A DNA stretch of 42,083 nt from a bacterium. GTDB taxonomy: Bacteria > RBG-13-61-14 > DATKZS01. A program made the position numbers and the translations under genes. Below, piece by piece: positions 9,717 through 19,209 of the stretch (the stretch's first letter is position 1; every line of letters starts with the position of its first letter). The DNA lies in NCBI GenBank assembly GCA_046484135.1, contig JAWOBU010000007.1:1-42083 (forward strand), given 5' to 3'. A model generated the notes under the pieces. That model was not told where the DNA came from. It worked only from the letters and a program-made list of their open reading frames with translations, and made no database searches.

Positions 9717-10343
9717 TTGGTACGGGAAAGACTTTCGCGGGAAGTGCGGAGACAGCAGATACTGGACGCGGCCATTGATTGTTTTTGTTCGAAAGGCTAT
9801 CACGGCGCGAGCATCAGCGATATAGTCGAGGCCTCGGGCACCAGCAAGGGGAACGTGTACTGGTACTTTGCAAGCAAGGAAGAGATATTCCTTGCCGTGG
9901 TAGAGATGTGGGCAGAGCGGGCTTTGCGGGATCTGGCCGAGGATTTACAGGAAAAGGGCGGAAGCTTCGAAAGCCTGGCGGATAAAATCGTAGACCGGCT
10001 GTTGCGTTACATGAACCAGGAACGTGCGTTCCTCCTGGCCTGGACCGAGTTTGCAACCGCAGCCAGTCGCGACGATGAAGTTCGCAGCAGGATGATATCC
10101 ATAGCCCGGAAGTTCCAACGGGAGTTATCTCCTTTCCTGTCCGCGGGGGTGGAACGAGGAGAGTTAAAGGACGTGGACCTTTCCGCACTTTCCAATATCC
10201 TGAAGGTTGTTCATGACGGAATACTTTTTAACGGCATCATCTGGCCGGAGAAGTTCGCGAGAAGAAAGAACGTCGAATCCATGATCCGCCTGGTGGTCGA
10301 GCTTCTCCGGGCCGAGCCATCAAAAGACGCGAGAGAAGGTTGA
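9717..10343 (+). CDS. TetR/AcrR family transcriptional regulator
   Basis: RRQQILDAAIDCF..KGYHGASISDIVEASGTSKGNVYWYFASKEEIF HTH; TTG start after AAGGAGG. Confidence 0.95.
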   Translation: MVRERLSREVRRQQILDAAIDCFCSKGYHGASISDIVEASGTSKGNVYWYFASKEEIFLAVVEMWAERALRDLAEDLQEKGGSFESLADKIVDRLLRYMNQERAFLLAWTEFATAASRDDEVRSRMISIARKFQRELSPFLSAGVERGELKDVDLSALSNILKVVHDGILFNGIIWPEKFARRKNVESMIRLVVELLRAEPSKDAREG

Positions 10344-10439
10344 TACACTCTGCACGACAACAGTCCCTGCCGTGCGGACCCCTGCATTTCATCCGTAGAA
10401 CAGAATCAAAGCTTAACAAGCTTTTTAAGGAGTGTGGTT

Positions 10440-11510
10440 ATGAAAAGGATACTGCTTCTTGTCCTGGTTGTGGTGGTTGTGCTGGTTGCGGTTTTCTTTC
10501 GCATCCGGGCCATCGAGAGCAAGAACAAAGAGACAAAAAAAGGTATTACCCAGATCAACAGGGACAAAGGTTTTCCGGTTGTTCTCTCGGGTGTGTCGGT
10601 AGGAGAGTTCTCGGTCTGGCGGGAGGTCCCCGGCAAGGTCCATGGCGACCGGGAGGCGTATCTCAACACCCCGGACCTGGCCCAGGTGGACTCGATCGAG
10701 TACCGGGTGGGAGAGATGGTGCCCGCGTTTTCTCCGGTCATCCGCCTTAACGAGGACGACCCCAAAAACACCACCCGGGTGAAGCTTCTCCGCAAGGTGT
10801 ATGAAGAGGCCAAAAGCGACTACCAGTCATATAAAAGGCTCGCACAGCAGGATGCAGTTCCCCGGGACGCAGTGGACAAGATGAAACTGAAGATGGAATC
10901 CGCCAAGAGCGACCTGGACCAGGCCCTGTCTACCGTGGACCTGTCCAGTCCTTTCCGCGGAATGCTGGTGGCTCTTTACGCGCGGGAAGGCGAGCGGGTG
11001 AAGCCGCGCAAGACCCTGGCCATGGTGGCCACCGTGGACAAAGTCCGAATCAATGCCAAGCTGAGCGAGCAGGACATGAATGACATGGAAGAAGGCCAGC
11101 CCGTCCGGGTCGGCGTTGATGAAAAGGTACTGGAAGGAACCGTGGACCGGGTATCGAAAAGCGCCGGCCCCAAGTCCGGGCTCTTCAGCGTCGAGCTCCT
11201 CATTGACAACCCACAGCATGTCTTGAAAGTGGGAACCTATGTAACCACGGAAGTACGAGTTTTCCACCAGGAAAAAGTCCCATACATTGACACCCTTTCC
11301 ATACTCCGCGACCGGAAAGGGAACAGTTACATCTACCAGGTCAAGGGCGGCAAAGCGGTGCGGGTCCCGATCGAGGTCAAGGCCAGAAACCAACGGGGAT
11401 ACTCCCATGTCAGCGGTCTTGATCCCGATCTTCCGGTGGTTGTAACCGGTCAGGAGCGTTTAAAAGACGGCGTTAAGGTCCGGGAGGTTTCCGGGGAGGT
11501 CGCGGAATGA
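10440..11510 (+). CDS. RND efflux periplasmic adaptor (membrane fusion protein)
   Basis: N-terminal TM anchor; lipoyl half-motifs (VGEMV...; LSSPFRGMLV...EGERV); LKVGTYV; VVVTGQERLKDG. Overlaps the RND gene by ATGA. Confidence 0.92.
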   Translation: MKRILLLVLVVVVVLVAVFFRIRAIESKNKETKKGITQINRDKGFPVVLSGVSVGEFSVWREVPGKVHGDREAYLNTPDLAQVDSIEYRVGEMVPAFSPVIRLNEDDPKNTTRVKLLRKVYEEAKSDYQSYKRLAQQDAVPRDAVDKMKLKMESAKSDLDQALSTVDLSSPFRGMLVALYAREGERVKPRKTLAMVATVDKVRINAKLSEQDMNDMEEGQPVRVGVDEKVLEGTVDRVSKSAGPKSGLFSVELLIDNPQHVLKVGTYVTTEVRVFHQEKVPYIDTLSILRDRKGNSYIYQVKGGKAVRVPIEVKARNQRGYSHVSGLDPDLPVVVTGQERLKDGVKVREVSGEVAE

Positions 11511-14500
11511 ACCTGATCAAGGCATTTGTCCGCCGCCCGGTAACCACCATAATGATGATCAGCGTGTTCGTGGTGCTGGGATACGTTTCTTTCCAGCGGA
11601 TGGTGGTGGACCTGTTCCCGGAGATAGAGATTCCGCTGGTGCAGATCATCTCGGTCTATCCGGGCGCGGGACCGGCTGAGATCGAGAGCCAGATGGTAAA
11701 GAAGATCGAGGACGAGGTCTCCGGGATCAGTGACATCAAGGAGATGCGCTCGGAGATTTCCGAAGGTTATGCTTTTACTATCGTGCGTTTCAATCTTGGA
11801 GTTGACGTTGACATCAAGGCCCTTGACATAAAGGACAAGATCGAGCAGATAAAGCGGGAGTTGCCGGACGCGGCTGAAGACCCGTTGGTGGCCAAGTTCG
11901 ATCCCTTAACCATGCCGGTGGTCAAGGTGGCGTTGACCTCGGACCGGCTCAATGAAAAAGAGCTCTACCAGCTCGCCGACGAGAAGATCAAGGACCACTT
12001 TTCCCAGTTGACCGGAGTGGCCAAGGTAGAGGTGCTGGGAGGCGCCCAGCGTCAAATCAACGTGTACGCCAAGCCGGAGAAGCTCCGGCAGTACGGGCTC
12101 ACCCCTACCGACCTGGTCAAAACCCTGGGGCAGGAAAACCTGGACATACCCGCTGGAAACATCAAAAAGGAGCTTCGTGAGGTTGGCGTTCGTTTCAAAG
12201 GCGAAGCAGAGAGCGTGGAGGAAATAGAAGGCCTCACCTTTAACGCCCCCCGCCACGGCGTGATCCGGCTCTCCGACGTTGCGCGCATCGAGGACGGCAA
12301 CGAGGAACAGGACTCCCTGGTACGCTATCGCAAAAAGGGCGAAGGCGAAGGAGGCAACGCGGTCCTGCTTGACATCTACAAGCGCTCGGACGGCAACGTG
12401 ATCGAGGTCTCGGACGGTGTCCGCGGGATCGAGGACGAGGTCCGGGAGAAGCTTCCCGCGGGGGTCGAGCTTCATATTGCTGGCGACGAGTCCGAGTTTA
12501 TCCGGGACGCGGTAAATAACGCTCTTTCCAACATCTTCTACGGGGTTCTTCTTTGCGCGCTGGTTTTATGGGTGTTCCTTCGCGACTTGAGGTTCACCTT
12601 TGTGGCCGCGGTGGTTATCCCGACCTCGATCATGTCCGCCTTCCTGTTGATGGACGCTTTCAACTTCACGGTCAACGTCCTGACCTTGAGCGCTTTAGGA
12701 GTGTCCATCGGCGCCCTGGTTGCAAACGCCATCGTGGTCCTCGAGAACATTGCCCGACAAAAGGAGCAAGGACTATCAGCGGACGACTCAGCCACCAAAG
12801 GCACCTCTCAGGTGGCGGTCGCGGTCATGGCCGCCGGCGGGACCAACATCGTGGTGTTTACGCCTATCGCCTTCATGGGCGGTATCGTGGGCCAGTTCTT
12901 CTATCAGTTCGGGCTTACCGTGGTGTTCGCCACCATCTTCTCCTTGCTGGCTTCCTTTTCGCTGACTCCCATGCTGAGCGCGGTGGCGCTGCGGGGCCGC
13001 ACTGAAAGCCGGCAGGAGAGGCTCAAGATAACCCGCATCCTTCATTTTCCGCTCAACCTGTTCAACCGGTTTTTTGAAGGCACCCAGGCCGCCTATGACC
13101 GGACCCTGCACCCGGTGCTGCGGCATCCCTGGCTGACGCTGCTCTTTACCCTCCTGGTTTTTGCGGGCTCGATTTACCTGGCTGTCAACTACATAGGAGG
13201 TGCGTTTGTACCTTCATCCGATCGGGGGGAGTTCACAATAGTGGCCCAGCTTCCCAAAGGCTCGACCTTGAAGGCCTCCCGCCGGACAATAGCTCAGATA
13301 GAAAGCGTTATTACCGAAGAGGTGCCGGAGCTCGAGGATTTCACCTCCCAGTCGGGCGGCGAAAACACCGGCCTTGACGAAGTCCAGGTAAAGGTGCGGC
13401 TTACAGACCTGGCCGAACGGACCCGGACCCAGGAAGAAGTCATGTACGACCTGCAGGAGCCGCTCTCCCGAATACCGGGAGCCGAGATTTACACCAGGAC
13501 CGCAGCGGAAGGACCCGGCGAGTCGGACCTCGACATTGACCTTTACGGACCGGATTACGACAAGCTCATCGAGCTCTCCCGCAAGGTCCGGGAGAAAATA
13601 CTTTCCACCGGCAACTTCCGGGCGGTGTTCAACACCTACCGGATTCCCAAGGACGAGATTCATTTTAACCCCGAGCTTTACAAACGGGCGGCCTTTATGG
13701 TGCCCAACGCCTACATGGGCATGATAATGCGTTACTCGATCGAGGGGGAACAGGCCTCGGTCCTGCGGGTCGGCGGAGAAGAGTACGATATCAAAGTGAG
13801 AATGGAAAGCTCGAATCGCGACTCAGCAAGCGACGTGTGGAACTACCAGATGGCCACTCCCAAAGGCATGGTGCCGTTGTCCAGCCTGGGAAAGTTTGAG
13901 CGCACGGAGGGCACGGCTTCCATCTCTCGCAAGGACAAGCGCAGAACCATATCGCTGCGCTGCTTTATAGCCAACAAGTCCCTGACCGAGAACACGCAGC
14001 TTCTAGAAAAGAAGTTCGACAACATGGAGGAGTTCCAGGGAGATTATGATTACGAATTCGCGGGAACGGCCCAGGAACAGCAGGAGACGCAGCAGCACAT
14101 CCTTTTCGCGTTCATCCTGGCGGTAATTCTCACTTATATGCTCCTGGCCGCCATCCTGAACTCTTTTGTCCATCCCCTCACCATCCTGGTTACGGTGCCG
14201 CTGGGGATGGTGGGAGTTTTCCTGGCCCTTTTCTTTTCCGGCATCACCCTGAACGTCATGTCCATGATGGCCATCGTCATGCTGGTGGGGATCGTGGTCA
14301 ACAACGCCATCCTGATCATTGACTACGCGCTCCAGAAGCTCAACACCGAAGGCGGTCCTGTCGCCGATTGCGTGCAGCAGGCGTCGGTGGTCCGCTTCCG
14401 GGCGGTGCTGATGGCGAGCCTGGCCATCATCGCCGGCATCCTGCCCCAGGTCTTCGGCGGCTCTGGATCGGAGTTCAGCCGGCCCATAGGCGTGGCCACC

Positions 14501-14647
14501 ATCGGCGGAGTGGGAGTGTCCCTGGTCTTTACCTACTTCACCGTTCCCGCCCTGTTCCTGGTGGTGGAGAGAATGATGAGAGGCACGAAGCGGGCGGCGA
14601 CCTGGACATGGAAGAAGCTTTCGCCGGACAACAATCAGACAAAGTAA
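11507..14647 (+). CDS. RND permease, AcrB/AcrD/AcrF family (SwrC/MdtB-like)
   Basis: 1046 aa; RRPVTT start, YPGAGPAEIE, NAIVVLENI, FYQFGLTV, SFSLTPML, GIVVNNAILIID; 12-TM architecture. Confidence 0.95.
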   Translation: MNLIKAFVRRPVTTIMMISVFVVLGYVSFQRMVVDLFPEIEIPLVQIISVYPGAGPAEIESQMVKKIEDEVSGISDIKEMRSEISEGYAFTIVRFNLGVDVDIKALDIKDKIEQIKRELPDAAEDPLVAKFDPLTMPVVKVALTSDRLNEKELYQLADEKIKDHFSQLTGVAKVEVLGGAQRQINVYAKPEKLRQYGLTPTDLVKTLGQENLDIPAGNIKKELREVGVRFKGEAESVEEIEGLTFNAPRHGVIRLSDVARIEDGNEEQDSLVRYRKKGEGEGGNAVLLDIYKRSDGNVIEVSDGVRGIEDEVREKLPAGVELHIAGDESEFIRDAVNNALSNIFYGVLLCALVLWVFLRDLRFTFVAAVVIPTSIMSAFLLMDAFNFTVNVLTLSALGVSIGALVANAIVVLENIARQKEQGLSADDSATKGTSQVAVAVMAAGGTNIVVFTPIAFMGGIVGQFFYQFGLTVVFATIFSLLASFSLTPMLSAVALRGRTESRQERLKITRILHFPLNLFNRFFEGTQAAYDRTLHPVLRHPWLTLLFTLLVFAGSIYLAVNYIGGAFVPSSDRGEFTIVAQLPKGSTLKASRRTIAQIESVITEEVPELEDFTSQSGGENTGLDEVQVKVRLTDLAERTRTQEEVMYDLQEPLSRIPGAEIYTRTAAEGPGESDLDIDLYGPDYDKLIELSRKVREKILSTGNFRAVFNTYRIPKDEIHFNPELYKRAAFMVPNAYMGMIMRYSIEGEQASVLRVGGEEYDIKVRMESSNRDSASDVWNYQMATPKGMVPLSSLGKFERTEGTASISRKDKRRTISLRCFIANKSLTENTQLLEKKFDNMEEFQGDYDYEFAGTAQEQQETQQHILFAFILAVILTYMLLAAILNSFVHPLTILVTVPLGMVGVFLALFFSGITLNVMSMMAIVMLVGIVVNNAILIIDYALQKLNTEGGPVADCVQQASVVRFRAVLMASLAIIAGILPQVFGGSGSEFSRPIGVATIGGVGVSLVFTYFTVPALFLVVERMMRGTKRAATWTWKKLSPDNNQTK

Positions 14648-14703
14648 AAAAGCGGAACTCTTTGGCAAGCTGATGGTTAATTCCAGGATATCATCACTGC
14701 GAC

Positions 14704-14984
14704 AGCTTTGATGCCCTCGTAAAAAGTCAAAACAAGCCTCTTAGAGCTCTGAAAGAGCGACGTACTATAGCCCAGGGCGCAAGCCCTGGGAAAAGGTTTC
14801 AAGAAAAATATATTGCCCTGAAAGGGCAACGTAACATATTGTTGTCCATCTATAATGATGATTTTACCTCGCGCTTTCAGCGCTCTTTTTTGTTCTATGC
14901 TCTCAAACCCAGGGCTTGCGCCCCGGGCTATGGAACTACGCCCCTTTGGGGCTGTAATTGGACTTTTAAAAAGGCATCAGCTTT
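14704..14984. mobile_element. Non-autonomous MITE-like element (14710-14978) with imperfect terminal inverted repeats and 6-bp direct flanks
   Basis: Left end GATGCCCTCGTAAAAAGTC (14710-14728); right end GACTTTTAAAAAGGCATC (14961-14978); AGCTTT directly repeated at 14704-14709 and 14979-14984. No transposase ORF. Confidence 0.7.
14746..14952. repeat. Nested REP-like palindrome cluster inside the MITE
   Basis: Hairpins GCTCTGAAAGAGC (14746), GCCCTGAAAGGGC (14815), GCGCTTTCAGCGC (14871), GCCCCTTTGGGGC (14940). ATAGCCCAGGGCGCAAGCCCTGGG (14767-14790) is inverted at 14908-14931 with one mismatch. Confidence 0.8.
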
Positions 14985-15007
14985 AGCCGCTACGGACAAG
15001 CGCAAAC

Positions 15008-15038
15008 CAAGGGGGACAGCGTAATGCCGTCCCCCTTG
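15008..15038. terminator. Hairpin terminator between convergent RND and SDR genes
   Basis: CAAGGGGGAC...GTCCCCCTTG perfect 10-bp stem, 29 nt beyond the SDR stop. Confidence 0.6.
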
Positions 15039-15066
15039 AGTCTTCTTTACAATTTAAAGCTTTGTT

Positions 15067-15984
15067 TTATTCCTCGAACTTGGGACCGGGCGATCCGGGC
15101 ATGTAGGGAGCATTGACCTTTTCGATCACCTTTTTCATGTGGTCGGCGTGCTTGGCCAGGTCGTTGGGGTCCCACATCTCTCCCTCGGCCTCGTAGTAAT
15201 GGACCGGCCGCGGCAGGCGCCAGATCTGGACGTACTTGCCGAAGGTCCCGAACACCTGTCCGGTGATCCCCTCGGCAGCGTCTGAACAGAGGAATATGAC
15301 CACCGGCGCGATATGGGCGGGGGTAAGTTGCTTCATCATGCCGGCGATGGGCAGGTCCTCGGTAAGCCTGGTCAGGGCCATGGGCGCGATGGTGTTGATC
15401 CGGACGTTGTACTTGGTGAACTCCTGGGCCATGGTGTTCATCATTCCGATGATCCCCATCTTGGCCGCGCCGTAGTTGGCCTGGCCCGGGTTGCCGAGCA
15501 GCCCCGAGGTCGAGGATGTATTCACTATGGCTCCTCCATTGGGAAGGTTCCCTTCCTTGCCCGCCTTGCGGAAGTACTGGCAGGCGGCCCGGGCGCACAT
15601 GAAGTGGCCGCGCAGGTGGACCTTTATCACCAGGTCCCACTCGTCGTCGGTCATGTTGAAGCTCATCTTGTCGCGCAGGATGCCGGCGTTGTTGACCAGG
15701 GCGTCAAACTGTCCCCACTTGTCCACCCCGGCCTTGATAAGGGACTCCGCTCCCTCGGTCCGGGAGATGTCCTCGTAATGGCCTACCGCGTCTCCGCCCG
15801 CGTCCTTGATCTCCTGCACTACCTGGTCGGCAACCTTCGTGTCCGCGCCTGCACCGTCGCGGGAGCCTCCCAGGTCGTTGACTACTACCCGCGCTCCCTC
15901 CTTGGCGGCCAGGATCGCGTGCTCCCTGCCGATCCCGGCTCCGGCGCCGGTGATCGCTACTACTTTGCCATCGAGCAAACCCAT
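15067..15984 (-). CDS. Short-chain dehydrogenase/reductase (MFE-2/3-hydroxyacyl-CoA dehydrogenase-like)
   Basis: TGAGAGIG, VVVNDLGG, NNAGILRD, GNPGQANYGAAK (YxxxK); AGGAGG RBS. Confidence 0.93.
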   Translation of the reverse strand: MGLLDGKVVAITGAGAGIGREHAILAAKEGARVVVNDLGGSRDGAGADTKVADQVVQEIKDAGGDAVGHYEDISRTEGAESLIKAGVDKWGQFDALVNNAGILRDKMSFNMTDDEWDLVIKVHLRGHFMCARAACQYFRKAGKEGNLPNGGAIVNTSSTSGLLGNPGQANYGAAKMGIIGMMNTMAQEFTKYNVRINTIAPMALTRLTEDLPIAGMMKQLTPAHIAPVVIFLCSDAAEGITGQVFGTFGKYVQIWRLPRPVHYYEAEGEMWDPNDLAKHADHMKKVIEKVNAPYMPGSPGPKFEE

Positions 15985-16191
15985 GCTTACAACCTCCTTT
16001 TCTTGAATTGATATTTGCTTTGAAAAAATTGAGTTACCAGCGGGACCACCCCGACATGGACACGAATTCTTTCACATTATGTTCATGGTGTCAAGCTAAC
16101 CGCCTTCCGATTTGAAACACGCAAAGCTAAGATTTACAATCTTACACGATGCGGTTTCTTGAAAACTTTCTTGACAAGGAGCACAGATAAG

Positions 16192-16437
16192 ATGGAGCTT
16201 TTCTGGACAAGCGCTGAAGTCGCCTTCATGGTAATAGTTTCGATCACCATGCTGGTCATGCTCTATGCCATGGCCATGATGAGCAGGAGCATCCGGCTTC
16301 TCGAATACAAGGTCTCGGTCATGGAGAACGAGATGGACATCATCAACCAGGAGTTCAAGCTCATAGCCAACCGGGACCGGATTGATATAGAAAAGGTCAA
16401 GCCAGCCGGAGACACGAGCGCCGACCGGGATAGCTAG
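16192..16437 (+). CDS. Small hypothetical protein with one TM helix and a coiled coil
   Basis: AAGGAG before ATG 16192; hydrophobic N-terminal helix followed by a heptad-like segment; genome-like codon usage. Confidence 0.6.
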   Translation: MELFWTSAEVAFMVIVSITMLVMLYAMAMMSRSIRLLEYKVSVMENEMDIINQEFKLIANRDRIDIEKVKPAGDTSADRDS

Positions 16438-16467
16438 CGGGCTTGCCCGGCTCTTTGGGAGGACGAA

Positions 16468-16893
16468 ATGGACACGATCACGCCGGCGATGGGCGATCTC
16501 AGGGTTTGGATGATCATCTCCGCGGTAATATACGCGGGGGGAGGACTTTCTTTCCTCTTCGGTCAGAACCTTTTACTTGAGAGATTAAACCGGGTCTCGG
16601 AGCTTTTGTTCAAGGACCGCCTTCCCCTGATTCCGCTTTCCACGGAAAAGTTCTGGCTGGTGCTGACCAATTCCATGATGCTGATGCTGGTGGTCATCTG
16701 CGTTTTCGTGGCCGCCGACGTTTCCGCGTACTACCCCATGGTCTGGATCATTCTTTTCAGCAAGGCGGCATCCACACTCCAGTACACGTATCTTTTCCTG
16801 GCGGAGAAGAGATACTTCGCTTACCTCACGGGCGCTCTTACCGACGGGCCTCTTTTCCTCGTTACCTTGATCCTGTTCCTGCGCGTGCTGTAA
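16468..16893 (+). CDS. Hypothetical 4-TM membrane protein
   Basis: GGAGG RBS; four hydrophobic segments; genome-like codon usage. Confidence 0.7.
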   Translation: MDTITPAMGDLRVWMIISAVIYAGGGLSFLFGQNLLLERLNRVSELLFKDRLPLIPLSTEKFWLVLTNSMMLMLVVICVFVAADVSAYYPMVWIILFSKAASTLQYTYLFLAEKRYFAYLTGALTDGPLFLVTLILFLRVL

Positions 16894-16930
16894 GGCACTG
16901 TCAAACGTTCCGGCTTGCTCCCGCCCCGCT

Positions 16931-16959
16931 TTGCAAAGGCGGAAAGCGTATGATAACCT
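16931..16959 (+). promoter_or_regulatory. Sigma70-type promoter for tRNA-Leu/tig
   Basis: TTGCAA, 17 bp spacer, TAACCT with extended TG at 16951-16952, just upstream of the tRNA. Confidence 0.55.
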
Positions 16960-16975
16960 ATTGAAAAATAGGACA

Positions 16976-17060
16976 GCGAGGGTGGCGGAACTGGCAGACG
17001 CGCTGGATTTAGGATCCAGTGCCATGGCGCGTAGGGGTTCGAGTCCCCTCCCTCGCACCA
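16976..17060 (+). tRNA. tRNA-Leu (anticodon TAG)
   Basis: GCGAGGG acceptor pairs with CCCTCGC + ACCA; D-arm GGCGGAACTGGCAGACGC; anticodon arm CTGGA-TTTAGGA-TCCAG; long variable arm; GGTTCGAGTCC T-arm; conserved position upstream of tig. Confidence 0.97.
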
Positions 17061-17155
17061 GTGCTCTCCTTATAAAAACGTATATTGCCATTCGAGCAAT
17101 TTCCGTTTACCGTCTCCGGCTATAAGAATAAAGACAGAAAGGGAAGGCAAAGAGG

Positions 17156-18475
17156 ATGAAGGTGGAAGTTGAAGAAGTATCCCCTGTGGTGAAACGTTTA
17201 GACATCGAGATACCTCCCGAGCAGGTGGATGACGAGATCGAAGAGCAGTACAAGGAAGTTCAGAGCAAGGCGCAGGTGCCCGGCTTCCGACCGGGAAAGG
17301 TGCCGCGCAAGATAATCGAACGCCGTTTCAAAAAGCACATTCACGAGCTGGCCCTGGAAGAGCTGGTCAAGCAGTCCCTGGAGCCGGCCCTCTCCCGGAA
17401 GAACATTATCCCCTTGGTGGAGCCGGTGCTGGACCCTGCCGAGCTGGTGCCGGGCGAAGCTTATAAATACTCGGTGCATGTCGAGGTCAAGCCGGAGATA
17501 GAACCGGTGGACTATAAGGGAGTAGAGGTTACTCACCAGGACGAGGAGGTCTCGGACGACGATGTGGACCGGGCGCTGGCTTCCCTGCAGGAGAGCGCGG
17601 CTACCATCAAGGAGCCTGACGAGGACCGGCCGGTCCGGGACAATGACCTGGTCACGGTAACCATGACCGCAACAGAAGACACCGGAGCAGAGCTGGCCTC
17701 GGGCGAAGAAGAAGAGATAGCCCTGGGGCGGGAGCACTGGATACCCGGCCTGACTGATAAGCTGAAAGGCCGGTCCAGGGGAGAACTACTCCAGTTCTCG
17801 ATGGAGATGCCCGAGGAAGATACCATCCCGGAGAACTACCAGGGAAAAACCGTGGGGTTCGAGATCAGTATAGACACCGTAAAAGAGAAAATCCTGCCCG
17901 AGCTGACCGACGAGTTCGCAAGCGAGTACACCAAGCATGAATCACTTTCCGAGCTTCGCGAATCCATAAGGGAAAGGCTCCATGAAAGGACGACCCAGTT
18001 GAACCTGGACCGGATGCAGGGCGAGGTTTTGGACAAGATTCTGGAGAATAACCCCATCGAGGTCCCGCCCACACCGGTCAAAGAAGAGGCCAAACAACAG
18101 GCGCGGAACTTCTTCAAGCAGAACCTGCAAAGGGAGATCACGGACGACGAGCTCGAGAGCGTAATTGATATGTTCAAGCCGGAAGCGGAGAAGAGTTTCC
18201 GGATCAACTTTCTCTTGGAAGCCATTGCTGACAAGGAAGGGATCGAGGCGTCGGAGGAAGACGTAGAGAACAGGATAGCGGAACGGGCCCGGATGTCGGG
18301 CATTCATCCGGACAAGCTCAAAGACCGGCTTGACGAGCAGACCCGGGAGACGATGAAGCGCCAGGCGAGGCTGGAAAACACTCTTGATTTTCTGGTTCGG
18401 GAAGCTAATATTAGTGGTAAGGAAAGCAGGAAAAAACCGGAATCCGAGACCGTAGCCGAAAACGAGGAGAAGTAA
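17156..18475 (+). CDS. tig: Trigger factor
   Basis: Ribosome-binding signature VPGFRPGKVP; FKBP-like middle domain; LPELTDEFA; synteny with clpPX-lon. Confidence 0.96.
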   Translation: MKVEVEEVSPVVKRLDIEIPPEQVDDEIEEQYKEVQSKAQVPGFRPGKVPRKIIERRFKKHIHELALEELVKQSLEPALSRKNIIPLVEPVLDPAELVPGEAYKYSVHVEVKPEIEPVDYKGVEVTHQDEEVSDDDVDRALASLQESAATIKEPDEDRPVRDNDLVTVTMTATEDTGAELASGEEEEIALGREHWIPGLTDKLKGRSRGELLQFSMEMPEEDTIPENYQGKTVGFEISIDTVKEKILPELTDEFASEYTKHESLSELRESIRERLHERTTQLNLDRMQGEVLDKILENNPIEVPPTPVKEEAKQQARNFFKQNLQREITDDELESVIDMFKPEAEKSFRINFLLEAIADKEGIEASEEDVENRIAERARMSGIHPDKLKDRLDEQTRETMKRQARLENTLDFLVREANISGKESRKKPESETVAENEEK

Positions 18476-18481
18476 GTACCC

Positions 18482-19078
18482 ATGGCCTTAATCCCTATGG
18501 TAATCGAACAGACGCCTCGAGGTGAGAGAGCGTACGACATATACTCCAGGCTGTTGAAAGACCGGATCATCTTTATCGGCACCGGCATCAACGACGACAT
18601 CGCCAATCTCATCATCGCCCAGCTTTTGTTCCTGGAGTCCGAGGACCCGGACAAGGACATCAACATCTATATCAACACGCCGGGCGGCTCGGTTACCTCG
18701 GGGCTGGCCATCTACGACACCATGCAGTACGTGAAGCCGGACGTGAGCACCTTGTGCATGGGCCAGGCGGCCAGCATGGGAGCCCTGCTCCTGACGGCGG
18801 GCGCGAAGGGAAAACGTTACGCCCTGCCCCATTCCAGGATACTGATCCATCAGCCCATGGGGGCGTTCAGCGGGCAGGCCACTGATATCGAGATTCACGC
18901 CAAGGAGATTTTAAAGCTCCGCGAATGGATCAACTACGTGTTCTCTGTCCATACCGGCCAGGACATGGAGACCCTCTCCAGGGACACCGAACGGGACTAC
19001 TTCATGGACGGAGAGGAGGCCAAGAGTTACGGCCTGATTGATGAAGTGGTGGACATGAGAAAAGAGAGAAACAAGTAA
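18482..19078 (+). CDS. clpP: ATP-dependent Clp protease proteolytic subunit
   Basis: [30 protein letters not shown] (catalytic Ser), IHQP, DTERD. Confidence 0.98.
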   Translation: MALIPMVIEQTPRGERAYDIYSRLLKDRIIFIGTGINDDIANLIIAQLLFLESEDPDKDINIYINTPGGSVTSGLAIYDTMQYVKPDVSTLCMGQAASMGALLLTAGAKGKRYALPHSRILIHQPMGAFSGQATDIEIHAKEILKLREWINYVFSVHTGQDMETLSRDTERDYFMDGEEAKSYGLIDEVVDMRKERNK

Positions 19079-19209
19079 CACCTGCCCCTCTCTTGCCGAA
19101 AGAAGCGGGCGGGAAGAACAGCAAGACATGAGCAGCCGGAAGGATATACAAGGAGGTTTTTTAAATTCGAAACCGGGGAAAAAACAAGTTTACTTGAGAG
19201 GTGAGGGCC

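Noticed and set aside
10340..10750. Cys-rich 136-aa ORF (CPGCGGCAGC) resembling a ferredoxin
   Set aside because: It is an alternative frame of the MFP's Val-rich TM anchor (GTG/GTT codons read off-frame).
14746..14952. CRISPR-like palindromic repeats
   Set aside because: The repeats are inverted and nested, not regularly spaced direct repeats with unique spacers, and no cas genes are present.
14839..15024. 61-aa ORF within the MITE
   Set aside because: It reads through palindromes, has no RBS and shows no transposase (HUH/DDE) motif.
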